The position numbers and the translations under genes were made by a program. From NCBI GenBank assembly GCA_039714275.1, contig JBDLJO010000001.1, positions 1 to 59,369 on the forward strand: a DNA stretch of 59,369 bases. The letters run 5' to 3'. How positions within the stretch are numbered: the first letter of the stretch is position 1; every line of letters starts with the position of its first letter. Shown here piece by piece: positions 9,431-17,928 of the stretch. Source of the stretch: Chloroflexota bacterium (GTDB lineage Bacteria > Chloroflexota > Anaerolineae > Anaerolineales > UBA11858). The notes beneath the pieces are model-generated. The model saw only the letters and a program-made list of their open reading frames with translations, was not told where the DNA came from and searched no databases.

Positions 9431-12400
9431 ATGTCAATAACAATAACTCGCACAAAAATAATAGTTCCTCGCCGCCGCGCTGATCTATTATCACGTAAAC
9501 GCCTGATAGCGATGTTTGATGATCTGTTAGATTACAAACTTCTTTTGATTGCTGCCCCCGCGGGTTATGGCAAGACATCTCTGCTAGTTGACTGGACACA
9601 TCAGGGAGATATACCCGTCTGTTGGTATGCTTTAGATTCCGTCGATCAAGATGTTCACAGATTTATAAACTATTTTATCGCTGCAATCTCCGAAATATTC
9701 CCATCATTTGGTAAACAATCGCAAGCGGTTCTCCAGAACCAAAAACGTGGGGAACTTGATCTAGATAATATCGTAACTGCAATTGTCAATGATGCGTATG
9801 AATATATCAAAGAACATTTTGTTTTTGTGCTGGATGATTTTCACACAGTTGATTGTATTGATGATATCAACTATTTTGTGAATAATATCATCGAAGAATT
9901 TGATGAAAACTGTCATTTAATCATCTCATCTCGGACTTTGGGTTCATTACCAAACCTGCCTCTAATGGTTGGTCGATCCATGGTAAAGGGGTTGAGTTTT
10001 GATGAACTAGCATTCCAACCCAACGAAATTCAAGCATTGATCAACCAGAATTATCAGCGATTAATATCTGAAGATGAGGCTGCAAAGCTTGAATTACAAA
10101 CCGAAGGTTGGATTACCGGATTACTACTGTCGGCCGAAACTCTTTGGGATGGCATGGAGGACCGATCTAGATTAGCTAATGCATCAGGAATAGGCCTTTA
10201 TGATTATTTAGCTCAGCAAGTATTAGATCAACAACCGGAGTTAATAAGGGACTTCTTACTTAAAACATCTTTACTTGAGGAATTTGATGCAGACCTTTGT
10301 GAAGCTGTATTTAACAGCCCCCCTGAAGGAACCCAGTGGAACAATTTAATTGGGGAAGTACTACAAAACAATCTCTTTGTTTTACCCGTTGAGAACCAAA
10401 ATACGTGGCTTCGCTACCATCATTTATTTCGTGATTTTTTACAAGCAAAAATCACACAAACTGCTCCTGATGAAGCAAAGAGAATTCTACAAAAACTAGC
10501 TGATGTTTTTTCCAAGAGGTTTATGTGGGAAAAAGCATATGAAATATATCAACGCATTGATGATAAACAGGGAGTACTTCATCTAATAGAAAAAGCCGGT
10601 ACCCCAATGCTAAAGAATGGCCGCGTAGTCACACTTGAAAAATGGTTAAACGCGTCATCGGTTGATAATCTCAACACTAATCCGTCACTACTTTCTCTTC
10701 AGGGCATCGTAAACTTCTTTTATGGGGACGTAGAACAAGGCATTATTAATTTAAACCAGGCTGAAGTTATATTTCGGGACACAAAAAATCTTCTACCATT
10801 GGCCCTAACATTGGTTAGGCGAGCAACTGGGCAGCGTTTTCTAGGTAATTATCAAAAATCTCTTGCCGATATTGATGAAACACTATCTATTCTAGACAGT
10901 ATAGAAAAGTCCCATAATATTGAGGACATTCAAGCTGAAGCATCCAGGATAAAAGGTTTGTGTCTTTATAGTATTGGGCAATTAGATACTTGTGTAGATT
11001 TCCTAGAAAAAGCTTTTAGCATATATTCTTTTTTGGAAGATGAGCACAATAAAGCATTGCTCCATCTTGATTTGGGTCTTGTCTACATGAGACAAGGTCA
11101 TTTTTCCAGTTCTCTATCCCATTACGAAGATGCTCTTTCTCATTGGCGCAAAACCGGAAATATTGTCAGGCAGTCTAATTTACTAAATAATTTAGGGGTC
11201 TATTATCATCTTCGCGGCCAATATACAAAAGCGGGAGAACATCTACATAAAGCCTTATCCCTGGCCCAAAAAAGCGGTAACACCCGCATCGAATCCTATT
11301 CGCTAACCAGCCTAGGGGATATTTATACGGATTTAGAAGTTTTCGATGCGGCTCAAGAATCTTACAGACAAGCAAAAGAAATCAGCACTCGTATTGATAA
11401 TCGCTTTCTGCAACTTTATATCAATCTTGCTGAGACAATACTCGGTTGTAAGCTAAAAGATTTTACTCAAGCAGCAAATTTCCTTGAAATTGCTAAAACT
11501 TTCATCAAAGAAAAAACGTCTGACTTTGAGATTGGATTAATTCAATTAACATCCGGGATATTAAGTTTGGCTGAAGGAAAATCTGCCGAAGCGCTACCAA
11601 TGCTTATCAAATCTTTGAGTCAATTTTCTAGCGGTGGACAGCCAACAGAGATAATTCGCAATCACGTCGCATTGGCTAGAGCCCATTTCGCTCAAGGCGA
11701 CAGACAATCAAGTTTTTCACATTTAGATCAGGCCATTACAATAGGAAATAACCAAGAAAATGCGCACACATTAATAATTGCCAGCAGAGATGCAAAAGAG
11801 CTGATTGAACATGCCCGAGCTTCATCCAAATTAGCATACTCATCCACGCAAATTCAGGCACAAGTAGCAAAATTTGAAAAAAAAATACCAATATGGCGAC
11901 GAGAATTAAGACAGCTTGATTTCAAAGGCAATATTAAACAACACGCCAAACTAAACATAATCACATTAGGAACAACCCAAATATCGATTTCAGCTAAACC
12001 TGTCACCGTTCCAGAATGGAGCAATCAGAAAACTGTCAGGGAGCTTTTCTTTCTTTTACTAGCAAATCCCAAGGGGCTTTCGAAAGAAACTATTGGGCTT
12101 CATTTTTGGCCAGACAGCACACCACGCCAATTGAAAACGCAATTTAAAAATGCACTTTATCGTTTACGACGAGCACTGGGTAAAGATGTAATCCTTTTCA
12201 ATGAACATGAAGATATCTATCACTTTAATCGTACCCAAGATTATGAATACGATGTCGAATCTTTTTTCAATTTCATTAACCAAGGGGAGAATGCTACATC
12301 CCAGGAAGACAAAATTGCATCTTTTCACGCTGCAATAAATATCTATGGAGGTGTTTATTTGCCGGATATTGATAATTCATGGATTGATTTGGCAAGAGAA

Positions 12401-12685
12401 CAATATTCTCAGGCATTTTTAAAACTTGAACTAACATTAGCCAAATATTCCTTAGATACTGGTGATCCCGAAACTGCGTTAACCCAATGCCATAACATTC
12501 TCCAAGACGATTCTTGCTCTGAAGAGGCCCATCGCTTAGCGATGCAAGCTCACTCTGCTCTCGGTAATCAGGCCAATCTTGTACGACAATTCGAAATCTG
12601 CAAAAATTCTTTGGATCATGAATTGGGGGTCATGCCATCATCACATACAGAGAAACTTTACAAGAAATTAATCAAACAAAACTAG
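9431..12685 (+). CDS. large STAND-type ATPase regulator: MalT-like N-terminal NTPase, TPR repeats, and C-terminal SARP-type winged-helix plus BTAD domain
   Basis: N-terminus TKIIVPRRRADLLSRKRL..LLIAAPAGYGKTSLL (Walker A) and VLDDFH (Walker B). Central repeated TPR-like units (LNNLGVYYHLRGQYTKAGEHLHKAL etc.). The C-terminus from about nt 11948 has an OmpR/SARP-like wHTH (ELFFLLLANPKGLSKETIGLHFWPD..ALYRLRRALG) followed by BTAD-like helices. Confidence 0.75.
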   Translation: MSITITRTKIIVPRRRADLLSRKRLIAMFDDLLDYKLLLIAAPAGYGKTSLLVDWTHQGDIPVCWYALDSVDQDVHRFINYFIAAISEIFPSFGKQSQAVLQNQKRGELDLDNIVTAIVNDAYEYIKEHFVFVLDDFHTVDCIDDINYFVNNIIEEFDENCHLIISSRTLGSLPNLPLMVGRSMVKGLSFDELAFQPNEIQALINQNYQRLISEDEAAKLELQTEGWITGLLLSAETLWDGMEDRSRLANASGIGLYDYLAQQVLDQQPELIRDFLLKTSLLEEFDADLCEAVFNSPPEGTQWNNLIGEVLQNNLFVLPVENQNTWLRYHHLFRDFLQAKITQTAPDEAKRILQKLADVFSKRFMWEKAYEIYQRIDDKQGVLHLIEKAGTPMLKNGRVVTLEKWLNASSVDNLNTNPSLLSLQGIVNFFYGDVEQGIINLNQAEVIFRDTKNLLPLALTLVRRATGQRFLGNYQKSLADIDETLSILDSIEKSHNIEDIQAEASRIKGLCLYSIGQLDTCVDFLEKAFSIYSFLEDEHNKALLHLDLGLVYMRQGHFSSSLSHYEDALSHWRKTGNIVRQSNLLNNLGVYYHLRGQYTKAGEHLHKALSLAQKSGNTRIESYSLTSLGDIYTDLEVFDAAQESYRQAKEISTRIDNRFLQLYINLAETILGCKLKDFTQAANFLEIAKTFIKEKTSDFEIGLIQLTSGILSLAEGKSAEALPMLIKSLSQFSSGGQPTEIIRNHVALARAHFAQGDRQSSFSHLDQAITIGNNQENAHTLIIASRDAKELIEHARASSKLAYSSTQIQAQVAKFEKKIPIWRRELRQLDFKGNIKQHAKLNIITLGTTQISISAKPVTVPEWSNQKTVRELFFLLLANPKGLSKETIGLHFWPDSTPRQLKTQFKNALYRLRRALGKDVILFNEHEDIYHFNRTQDYEYDVESFFNFINQGENATSQEDKIASFHAAINIYGGVYLPDIDNSWIDLAREQYSQAFLKLELTLAKYSLDTGDPETALTQCHNILQDDSCSEEAHRLAMQAHSALGNQANLVRQFEICKNSLDHELGVMPSSHTEKLYKKLIKQN

Positions 12686-12761
12686 CTTACTCGTTAGATA
12701 TTTTCCTCTAAATTTCAATCTTTTTAAAATATTTTTGTAATATTTGTGTGATTTTTTAGGA

Positions 12762-12798
12762 TTAAGAGCCCCCTTAAGAGCCTAAAAGATGTCATAAT
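12762..12798 (+). promoter_or_regulatory. direct-repeat operator candidate (2 x TTAAGAGCC, 12-nt period) followed by an extended -10 (TGTCATAAT)
   Basis: TTAAGAGCC occurs at 12762-12770 and 12774-12782. TGTCATAAT lies at 12790-12798. No good -35 hexamer is present. The site is 50 nt upstream of ATG 12848 and directly downstream of the SARP-type regulator gene. Confidence 0.4.
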
Positions 12799-12847
12799 TA
12801 GGACAATATATGGATAAACAATAATTTTTTTTCCAAAGGAGAAAACA

Positions 12848-12991
12848 ATGATTAATCGTATTATTAAACTGTCTCAATTTTCTAGATTTCTAGATCGCCA
12901 ATATCTTCGACCTGCCCTTCTGCTGCTATATTTGGCACTCCTAGTTCTTGGCGTTGGCGCACCAGGTGCCAGCGGTGATTTTGGTCTTTAG
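12848..12991 (+). CDS. 47-aa small ORF with one hydrophobic segment, probably translationally coupled to the DUF5317 gene
   Basis: Strong SD (AAGGAG, 7-nt spacer) before ATG 12848. Product is MINRIIKLSQFSRFLDRQYLRPALLLLYLALLVLGVGAPGASGDFGL. The TAG stop lies 3 nt before, and in frame with, the TTG start at 12995. Confidence 0.4.
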   Translation: MINRIIKLSQFSRFLDRQYLRPALLLLYLALLVLGVGAPGASGDFGL

Positions 12992-12994
12992 GAC

Positions 12995-13576
12995 TTGATC
13001 TTACTTTTAGCCATTTTTGTTGGTGTTGCAGCTGGTATAGCCAGATCATGGATTGGAGACCAACCCTATTCTCCACCCGCATTTCAGGTAGTTTGGTTGC
13101 TGCTGATTGCAACATTTCCTCAAATTCTTGTTTTTCATCTGCCATACACTTCGAAATTGATCCCCAACCAATTTGCGCCAACGATTCTGGTCGGATCCCA
13201 AATCCTACTCCTAATATTCGTTTGGTTCAATCGTCATCTTCCCGGCATGGCCATTTTAGGGATCGGTCTCATTGCTAACTTTCTTGTAATTAGCATAAAT
13301 GGAGGACTAATGCCAATCAGTCCTGAAACCATTCAACAACTTCTACCCAAAGCTACAATTAATTCTTCACTTTTTTATACCCGCTTAGGGTCAAGCAAAG
13401 ATATCTTACTTCCAATTTCAGAAACTAAAATGTGGTGGTTTTCAGATCGTTTTCTATTACCTTCCCAGTTTCCTTTCGGTGCAGCATTCAGCTTTGGTGA
13501 TATTTTCGTAGCCATCGGTACATTTTGGATGCTTTGGTCACAAGGAAAACCACTTATACAACCACAAATTTCATAA
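12995..13576 (+). CDS. DUF5317-like integral membrane protein
   Basis: 193 aa with TTG start and about 6 TM segments. Motifs NGGLMPIS and FSFGDIFVAIGTFWML resemble the DUF5317 family as I recall it. Confidence 0.55.
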   Translation: MILLLAIFVGVAAGIARSWIGDQPYSPPAFQVVWLLLIATFPQILVFHLPYTSKLIPNQFAPTILVGSQILLLIFVWFNRHLPGMAILGIGLIANFLVISINGGLMPISPETIQQLLPKATINSSLFYTRLGSSKDILLPISETKMWWFSDRFLLPSQFPFGAAFSFGDIFVAIGTFWMLWSQGKPLIQPQIS

Positions 13577-13590
13577 AGGAGCTTTATCAC

Positions 13591-13884
13591 ATGAACGCCT
13601 TTACATCCACAGCTATGATGTCTCCATATCCATATCAAAACAAAATGCATGATATCCCGAATGGAAGAGATTTAAGCCGGTTGCTTACTGCAGCAGTAGT
13701 TAATAAAACCTTCCGAATGAAATTGTTAGCGGATCCAAAAAGCGCTTTACTGGCTGGTTACAATGGAGAACCGTTCTCACTAAAAAATGAAGATAAAGAT
13801 CTGATTTTATCAATTCGTGCATCATCATTATCAGAATTTGCTGCACAATTATCAAATCACAAGCATCAAAATCAAGACCTTTAA
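13591..13884 (+). CDS. 97-aa small protein with an NHLP (nitrile-hydratase leader peptide)-like helix region; resembles the Os1348-type NHLP-clan proteins
   Basis: AAGGAG SD lies 8 nt before ATG 13591; the longer ORF-track start at 13525 overlaps the DUF5317 gene. Core LLTAAVVNKTFRMKLLADPKSALLAGYNGEPFSL matches the NHLP-leader pattern (aromatic/F-R-x-x-LL-x-DP-x-x-AL). No Cys-rich core and no GG cleavage motif. Confidence 0.5.
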   Translation: MNAFTSTAMMSPYPYQNKMHDIPNGRDLSRLLTAAVVNKTFRMKLLADPKSALLAGYNGEPFSLKNEDKDLILSIRASSLSEFAAQLSNHKHQNQDL

Positions 13885-13960
13885 CTTTTATTGATCAACC
13901 CAAATAACATTAAATACCTTTAACAATTAATTTCTTTGAAAAACACCAATTGGTGGATCA

Positions 13961-14731
13961 ATGGATTGTGTACCCAATAACGCTGCAAATATTCTCTGGG
14001 CTCTAAATACTAAAGGCATTTTAACATTGTTTGAAGGGAGCACTTTAGACGGCTTTCAGTTTGGCACCTCTAATTTCGTAGGACGCCCGATGATCGATGT
14101 GTTTGAAAATCATCCTTCAATTATTGATATAGTTAGACGCGGACTGGAGGGTGAAAGCATTGTGTCACAGGTGATTCTTTCCAATTTGCAATTATCAATC
14201 CAATGTTTTCCTCTTCTCGACACGAAAGGTAATATCTCCAGCCTAGTTGGGATATTCAATAATTTAAAAAAGGAAAAAACTGCAACCGATGAACAAAAGT
14301 CTCTAAAAACGATGCTGGCTACCTTACGTGGCGCTCCTAATCGCAAGCAATTGCTATTAACTATCATGGAACAAGTCACAAATTTATTTAGCGCAGAAGG
14401 TGTTGCAATAGCTGTCTTTTTCCCTGAAGAAGTAGAAGCAACTATTAATGCCACATCAGAGAAATGGAAATTAATGGCCAAGAAAAATTTTTCTGATAAT
14501 TTTCAGAGTTATCTGTTTCAAGATGCACAAACAACATTTCAAAAAAACGATTTTGCTATTAAATCTAGTATTTACGATAACCATACTGTAATTGAAATAC
14601 CTCTGTTGGCTCAAACGAAACAAATAGGTGTTTTTTGGATTGCAAATAAAAGCTCTTTATCAAAAAATAAAATCCGATTGGCAATGTCAATCGCAGAAAT
14701 TATAGTAATTGGACTATATAACAGATATTAA
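13961..14731 (+). CDS. stand-alone PAS-GAF sensor protein (no output domain)
   Basis: 256 aa. The N-terminal ~110 aa are PAS-like (ALNTKGILTLFEG..FVGRPMIDVF..LLDTKGNISSLVGIF). The C-terminal ~130 aa are GAF-like (LLLTIMEQVTNLFSAEGVAIAVF...IPLLAQTKQIGVFWIAN). Confidence 0.5.
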   Translation: MDCVPNNAANILWALNTKGILTLFEGSTLDGFQFGTSNFVGRPMIDVFENHPSIIDIVRRGLEGESIVSQVILSNLQLSIQCFPLLDTKGNISSLVGIFNNLKKEKTATDEQKSLKTMLATLRGAPNRKQLLLTIMEQVTNLFSAEGVAIAVFFPEEVEATINATSEKWKLMAKKNFSDNFQSYLFQDAQTTFQKNDFAIKSSIYDNHTVIEIPLLAQTKQIGVFWIANKSSLSKNKIRLAMSIAEIIVIGLYNRY

Positions 14732-15175
14732 GGAAGCTTCTTAGATTCAAATCAAGTAGCATACTCTAAATCCAGAACAGCATAAAACAAAGATTCAATC
14801 ACTGCAAGAATGGATTTTTTCGCAGTCACAATAGTAAATTATAGGGGGAAATTTATTTAAATCATTTTCACTAATCCAAATTATTAAGATCAATATTTTT
14901 CCATGTCCAAGATTGAGGGGGTATAATTTCCCAATGAGTCATATTATCATTTAAAAAACTTTTAATTAATTTAAGCGCACTATAGACTCTAGATTCCAGC
15001 AACTTACTTCATATTGTTGTTTACTAGGATGCTTATTGAACATCTCTCATATTCCACATGGAAAGCATTGAAATATTCCTATTTTATTGATGCCAATGTC
15101 ACTATTTTGAAATTGACTGTGGTTATATTCCTAAATGGATTTCACCAACCAAAATGATCAATACAAGGAGAACAA

Positions 15176-15661
15176 ATGATTAGCAAAGAAAAGGTTGATT
15201 TCAATCTCGTTGTAGGCATAGAATTCATGCTCACTATTGAAGGTGATTTTATTGATATGCCCATAGATCTCAACACGCTCGAATACTTACACGGACACAA
15301 CAATATTATCCCGGGCCTGGAACGCGAGCTTAGAGGTATGGTAGTGGGAGAAAGTAAAATCGTAGTTGTATCACCTAAAGATGGTTACGGTGATTATGAT
15401 TCAGAAGCATTAGTGAATATTCCCATAGCAGAATTTTCTAACACAGAGAATTTATCAATTGGATCCGACCTTGAAATGGAAAACATAGATGGAGTTGTAA
15501 TGATCGCCACTGTGATCGCGCTTGACAATTCAATCGTAAAGCTTGATTTTAATCACCCTTTAGCTGGAAAAGAACTACAATTTGATGTTAAGATTATCAC
15601 TGTACGCTCCGCTACCGAGAAGGAGTTAGAAAATGGTGAGATCTTAAATTCTAACGATTGA
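15176..15661 (+). CDS. FKBP-type peptidyl-prolyl cis-trans isomerase (SlyD-like, with IF insert)
   Basis: LHGHNNIIPGLERELRGMVVGESKIVVVSPKDGYGDYD ... LDFNHPLAGKELQFDVKII. AAGGAG SD upstream. Confidence 0.8.
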   Translation: MISKEKVDFNLVVGIEFMLTIEGDFIDMPIDLNTLEYLHGHNNIIPGLERELRGMVVGESKIVVVSPKDGYGDYDSEALVNIPIAEFSNTENLSIGSDLEMENIDGVVMIATVIALDNSIVKLDFNHPLAGKELQFDVKIITVRSATEKELENGEILNSND

Positions 15662-15672
15662 GGTTAATAGAT

Positions 15673-16209
15673 ATGGCAGACTATAAAACCATCGCTTCAA
15701 AAATCATTTTTGAGCACCCGTTTTTCCGCTTTATGGCCGATCGCGTACAACATAAAGATCATAAAAAAGATTATTTCTATTTGGTGAGTCCGGTCGAGGC
15801 AGTTGCAACCTTAGGTTTAACAGCAGAAAACAATATCCTTCTTGTTGAGCAATATCGTCACCCCGTCAATGAAGTAATCTTCGACCTCCCCGCTGGAAGT
15901 TTAAATTCATCGGAAGCACCAATCGACGGCGCTCGCCGAGAATTTGAAGAAGAAACCGGGTTTTATCCAAATCATCTTGAAGCTTTAGGTTACTACAATC
16001 AATTTCCAGGCATTATTCAAGCGGGCACACACCTTTTCTTTGCAAAAGACTTATCCCCTACTCGTCAAAACCTTGACCCTGGTGAAGTTCTAAAGGTACA
16101 CACCAAACCAATCAATGAAGTTCTAGATTGGGTTTTAAATGGCAATATCATTGATGGTTCACTTCAATTAGCGCTACTTTTGGCTATCAAAAAAGAGTTG
16201 CTATCTTGA
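15673..16209 (+). CDS. NUDIX hydrolase (ADP-ribose pyrophosphatase-like)
   Basis: NUDIX box GSLNSSEAPIDGARREFEEETGF. ATG 15673 with GAGG SD is preferred over TTG 15658. Confidence 0.8.
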   Translation: MADYKTIASKIIFEHPFFRFMADRVQHKDHKKDYFYLVSPVEAVATLGLTAENNILLVEQYRHPVNEVIFDLPAGSLNSSEAPIDGARREFEEETGFYPNHLEALGYYNQFPGIIQAGTHLFFAKDLSPTRQNLDPGEVLKVHTKPINEVLDWVLNGNIIDGSLQLALLLAIKKELLS

Positions 16210-16240
16210 CACACGGTGTCTATGCGCAATCCTAAATAAT

Positions 16241-17032
16241 ATGCGACTATTCTGGGAAATCACTAAGACTTCTTATCAACGCTATCTCAGTTACCGAGCA
16301 GCCACAATAGCAGGCTTGATAACAAATTTCTTTTTTGGGATTTTGCGTGCCGCGATTCTAATTGCACTTTATGGCACCCGAAAAGAAGTTGCTGGGATTT
16401 CTCTTCAAGGCGCGATCACTTATGCAGCCTTGACGCAATCCATTATTGGCTATTTGAGTTTATTTGGTTGGGTAGACTTAATGAACACTGTTTATACTGG
16501 TCAAATAGCTAATGACCTACTCAAACCAATGAGTTATTTTCGTTTTTGGTTGGCTCAAGACCTGGGACGAGCTGGCGTAAATTTTGTCTTCCGCGGTATG
16601 ATTGTAATATTAGGGTATAGCTTAATCTTCGATCTTGTTTGGCCACAATCAATTTCACAGTGGATAGCTCTTACTCTTGCATTGATCTTAAGTTGGTTAC
16701 TCAGTTTCTCTTGGCGCTTTATCACAAACCTTGCGGCATTCTGGACTCCCAATGCCTATGGTATTTCCCGTTTTTTCTTTATTTTTTCGTGGTTTTTTTC
16801 CGGGTTTCTCATGCCGCTGCGATATTTCCCAGATTGGGTTGTAAAGCTTAGCTATTTAACCCCTTTTCCACATATGTTAAATACGGTTGTAGAGATATAT
16901 TTAAATTTAGTTCAAGGTCCAGATTTAATTATGGCGCTGCTCTATCAACTAATATGGATAGCGGTATTGATTACGTCCGGGCAATTGATTTTAAGATCTG
17001 GTGTACGACGCCTGGTTATTCTAGGAGGGTAG
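16241..17032 (+). CDS. ABC-2 family transporter permease
   Basis: 263 aa with 6 TM segments. It is the first of two paralogous permease genes followed by an ABC ATPase. Confidence 0.6.
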   Translation: MRLFWEITKTSYQRYLSYRAATIAGLITNFFFGILRAAILIALYGTRKEVAGISLQGAITYAALTQSIIGYLSLFGWVDLMNTVYTGQIANDLLKPMSYFRFWLAQDLGRAGVNFVFRGMIVILGYSLIFDLVWPQSISQWIALTLALILSWLLSFSWRFITNLAAFWTPNAYGISRFFFIFSWFFSGFLMPLRYFPDWVVKLSYLTPFPHMLNTVVEIYLNLVQGPDLIMALLYQLIWIAVLITSGQLILRSGVRRLVILGG

Positions 17033-17039
17033 CAAATAG

Positions 17040-17849
17040 ATGGTTTTCGCGCTTAATATATACCGCCGGCTGCTGGGGGCGCAGGTTCGTGGCCAAATGC
17101 AGTATCGCGCATCCTTCTTTTTTGAATTTTTTGGCGCAATATTAATTACTTTATTCGAATATGCTTCCTTGGCCTTGGTTTTTGACCGCTTTGGTTCACT
17201 CCAAGGTTGGAGTTTAGGTGAAGTAGCTTTCCTTTACGGATTATCTGAGATTTCGTTTGGTGTTATGAATTTGTTATTTGGCGGCTTTGATCCTGGCACA
17301 TTCGGTATTGAGATTAGGCGTGGCACATTCGATCAATATTTGCTGCGCCCCATCAACATCACCTTACAGGTGCTTAGTTCAAGATTTGTACTCCGGCGTA
17401 TAGGTAAAATTGGTGTTGGTTTAGGTATTTTTATCACTGCACTCAATATGACTTCAATTCATTGGAACATCGCCAAAATCATCTACCTCCCGATGGTAGT
17501 TCTAGGAATCACATTTTTCTTTGGCAGCTTATTTATGGTTGGATCAACCATAACTTTTTGGACCGTAGAATCTATCGAGGTGATCAACATCTTCACCTAC
17601 GGTGGCAGTTTTATGATTTCACACCCAATGCACATTTACCCAAACTGGTTACGCCGTATCTTCACGTATGTAATCCCAGCAGCTTTTCTTAATTATTACC
17701 CAGCTCTTTATTTTCTCGATAAACCGGATCCTTTTAATTTGCCCGCGGCAGCTTCCTTTGCTGCGCCTTTAGCTGGTATTATTTTTATATTCATTTCAAC
17801 TGCCTTTTGGCTGTTCGGTATTCAACATTACCAAAGCACAGGAACTTAA
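17040..17849 (+). CDS. ABC-2 family transporter permease
   Basis: 269 aa with 6 TM segments, in the same operon as 16241-17032 and 17929-18915. Confidence 0.6.
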   Translation: MVFALNIYRRLLGAQVRGQMQYRASFFFEFFGAILITLFEYASLALVFDRFGSLQGWSLGEVAFLYGLSEISFGVMNLLFGGFDPGTFGIEIRRGTFDQYLLRPINITLQVLSSRFVLRRIGKIGVGLGIFITALNMTSIHWNIAKIIYLPMVVLGITFFFGSLFMVGSTITFWTVESIEVINIFTYGGSFMISHPMHIYPNWLRRIFTYVIPAAFLNYYPALYFLDKPDPFNLPAAASFAAPLAGIIFIFISTAFWLFGIQHYQSTGT

Positions 17850-17928
17850 ACTGTTCAATATAAAAACTCATCGATTGATAATTTTTTCTACATATATTTA
17901 GATATTTCAACAAGGAAAAATCTCCGAA

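Noticed and set aside
11877-11885. A9 homopolymer inside the regulator gene, just before its DNA-binding domain; possible slipped-strand phase switch.
   Set aside because: Runs of 8-9 A/T occur elsewhere in this AT-rich window (e.g. 8356-8363 and 12825-12832). Nothing else suggests phase variation.
13525-13590. Longer 119-aa version of the NHLP-like ORF, starting at 13525.
   Set aside because: It overlaps the 3' end of the DUF5317 gene. The internal ATG 13591 has a consensus AAGGAG SD at ideal spacing.
14732-15175. 444-nt ORF-free AT-rich spacer, examined for an ncRNA, a small peptide (e.g. a 23-codon minus-strand ORF from 14942) or repeats.
   Set aside because: I could find no convincing conserved-looking structure, no terminator and no SD-linked sORF by eye. 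It remains unexplained rather than positive evidence.
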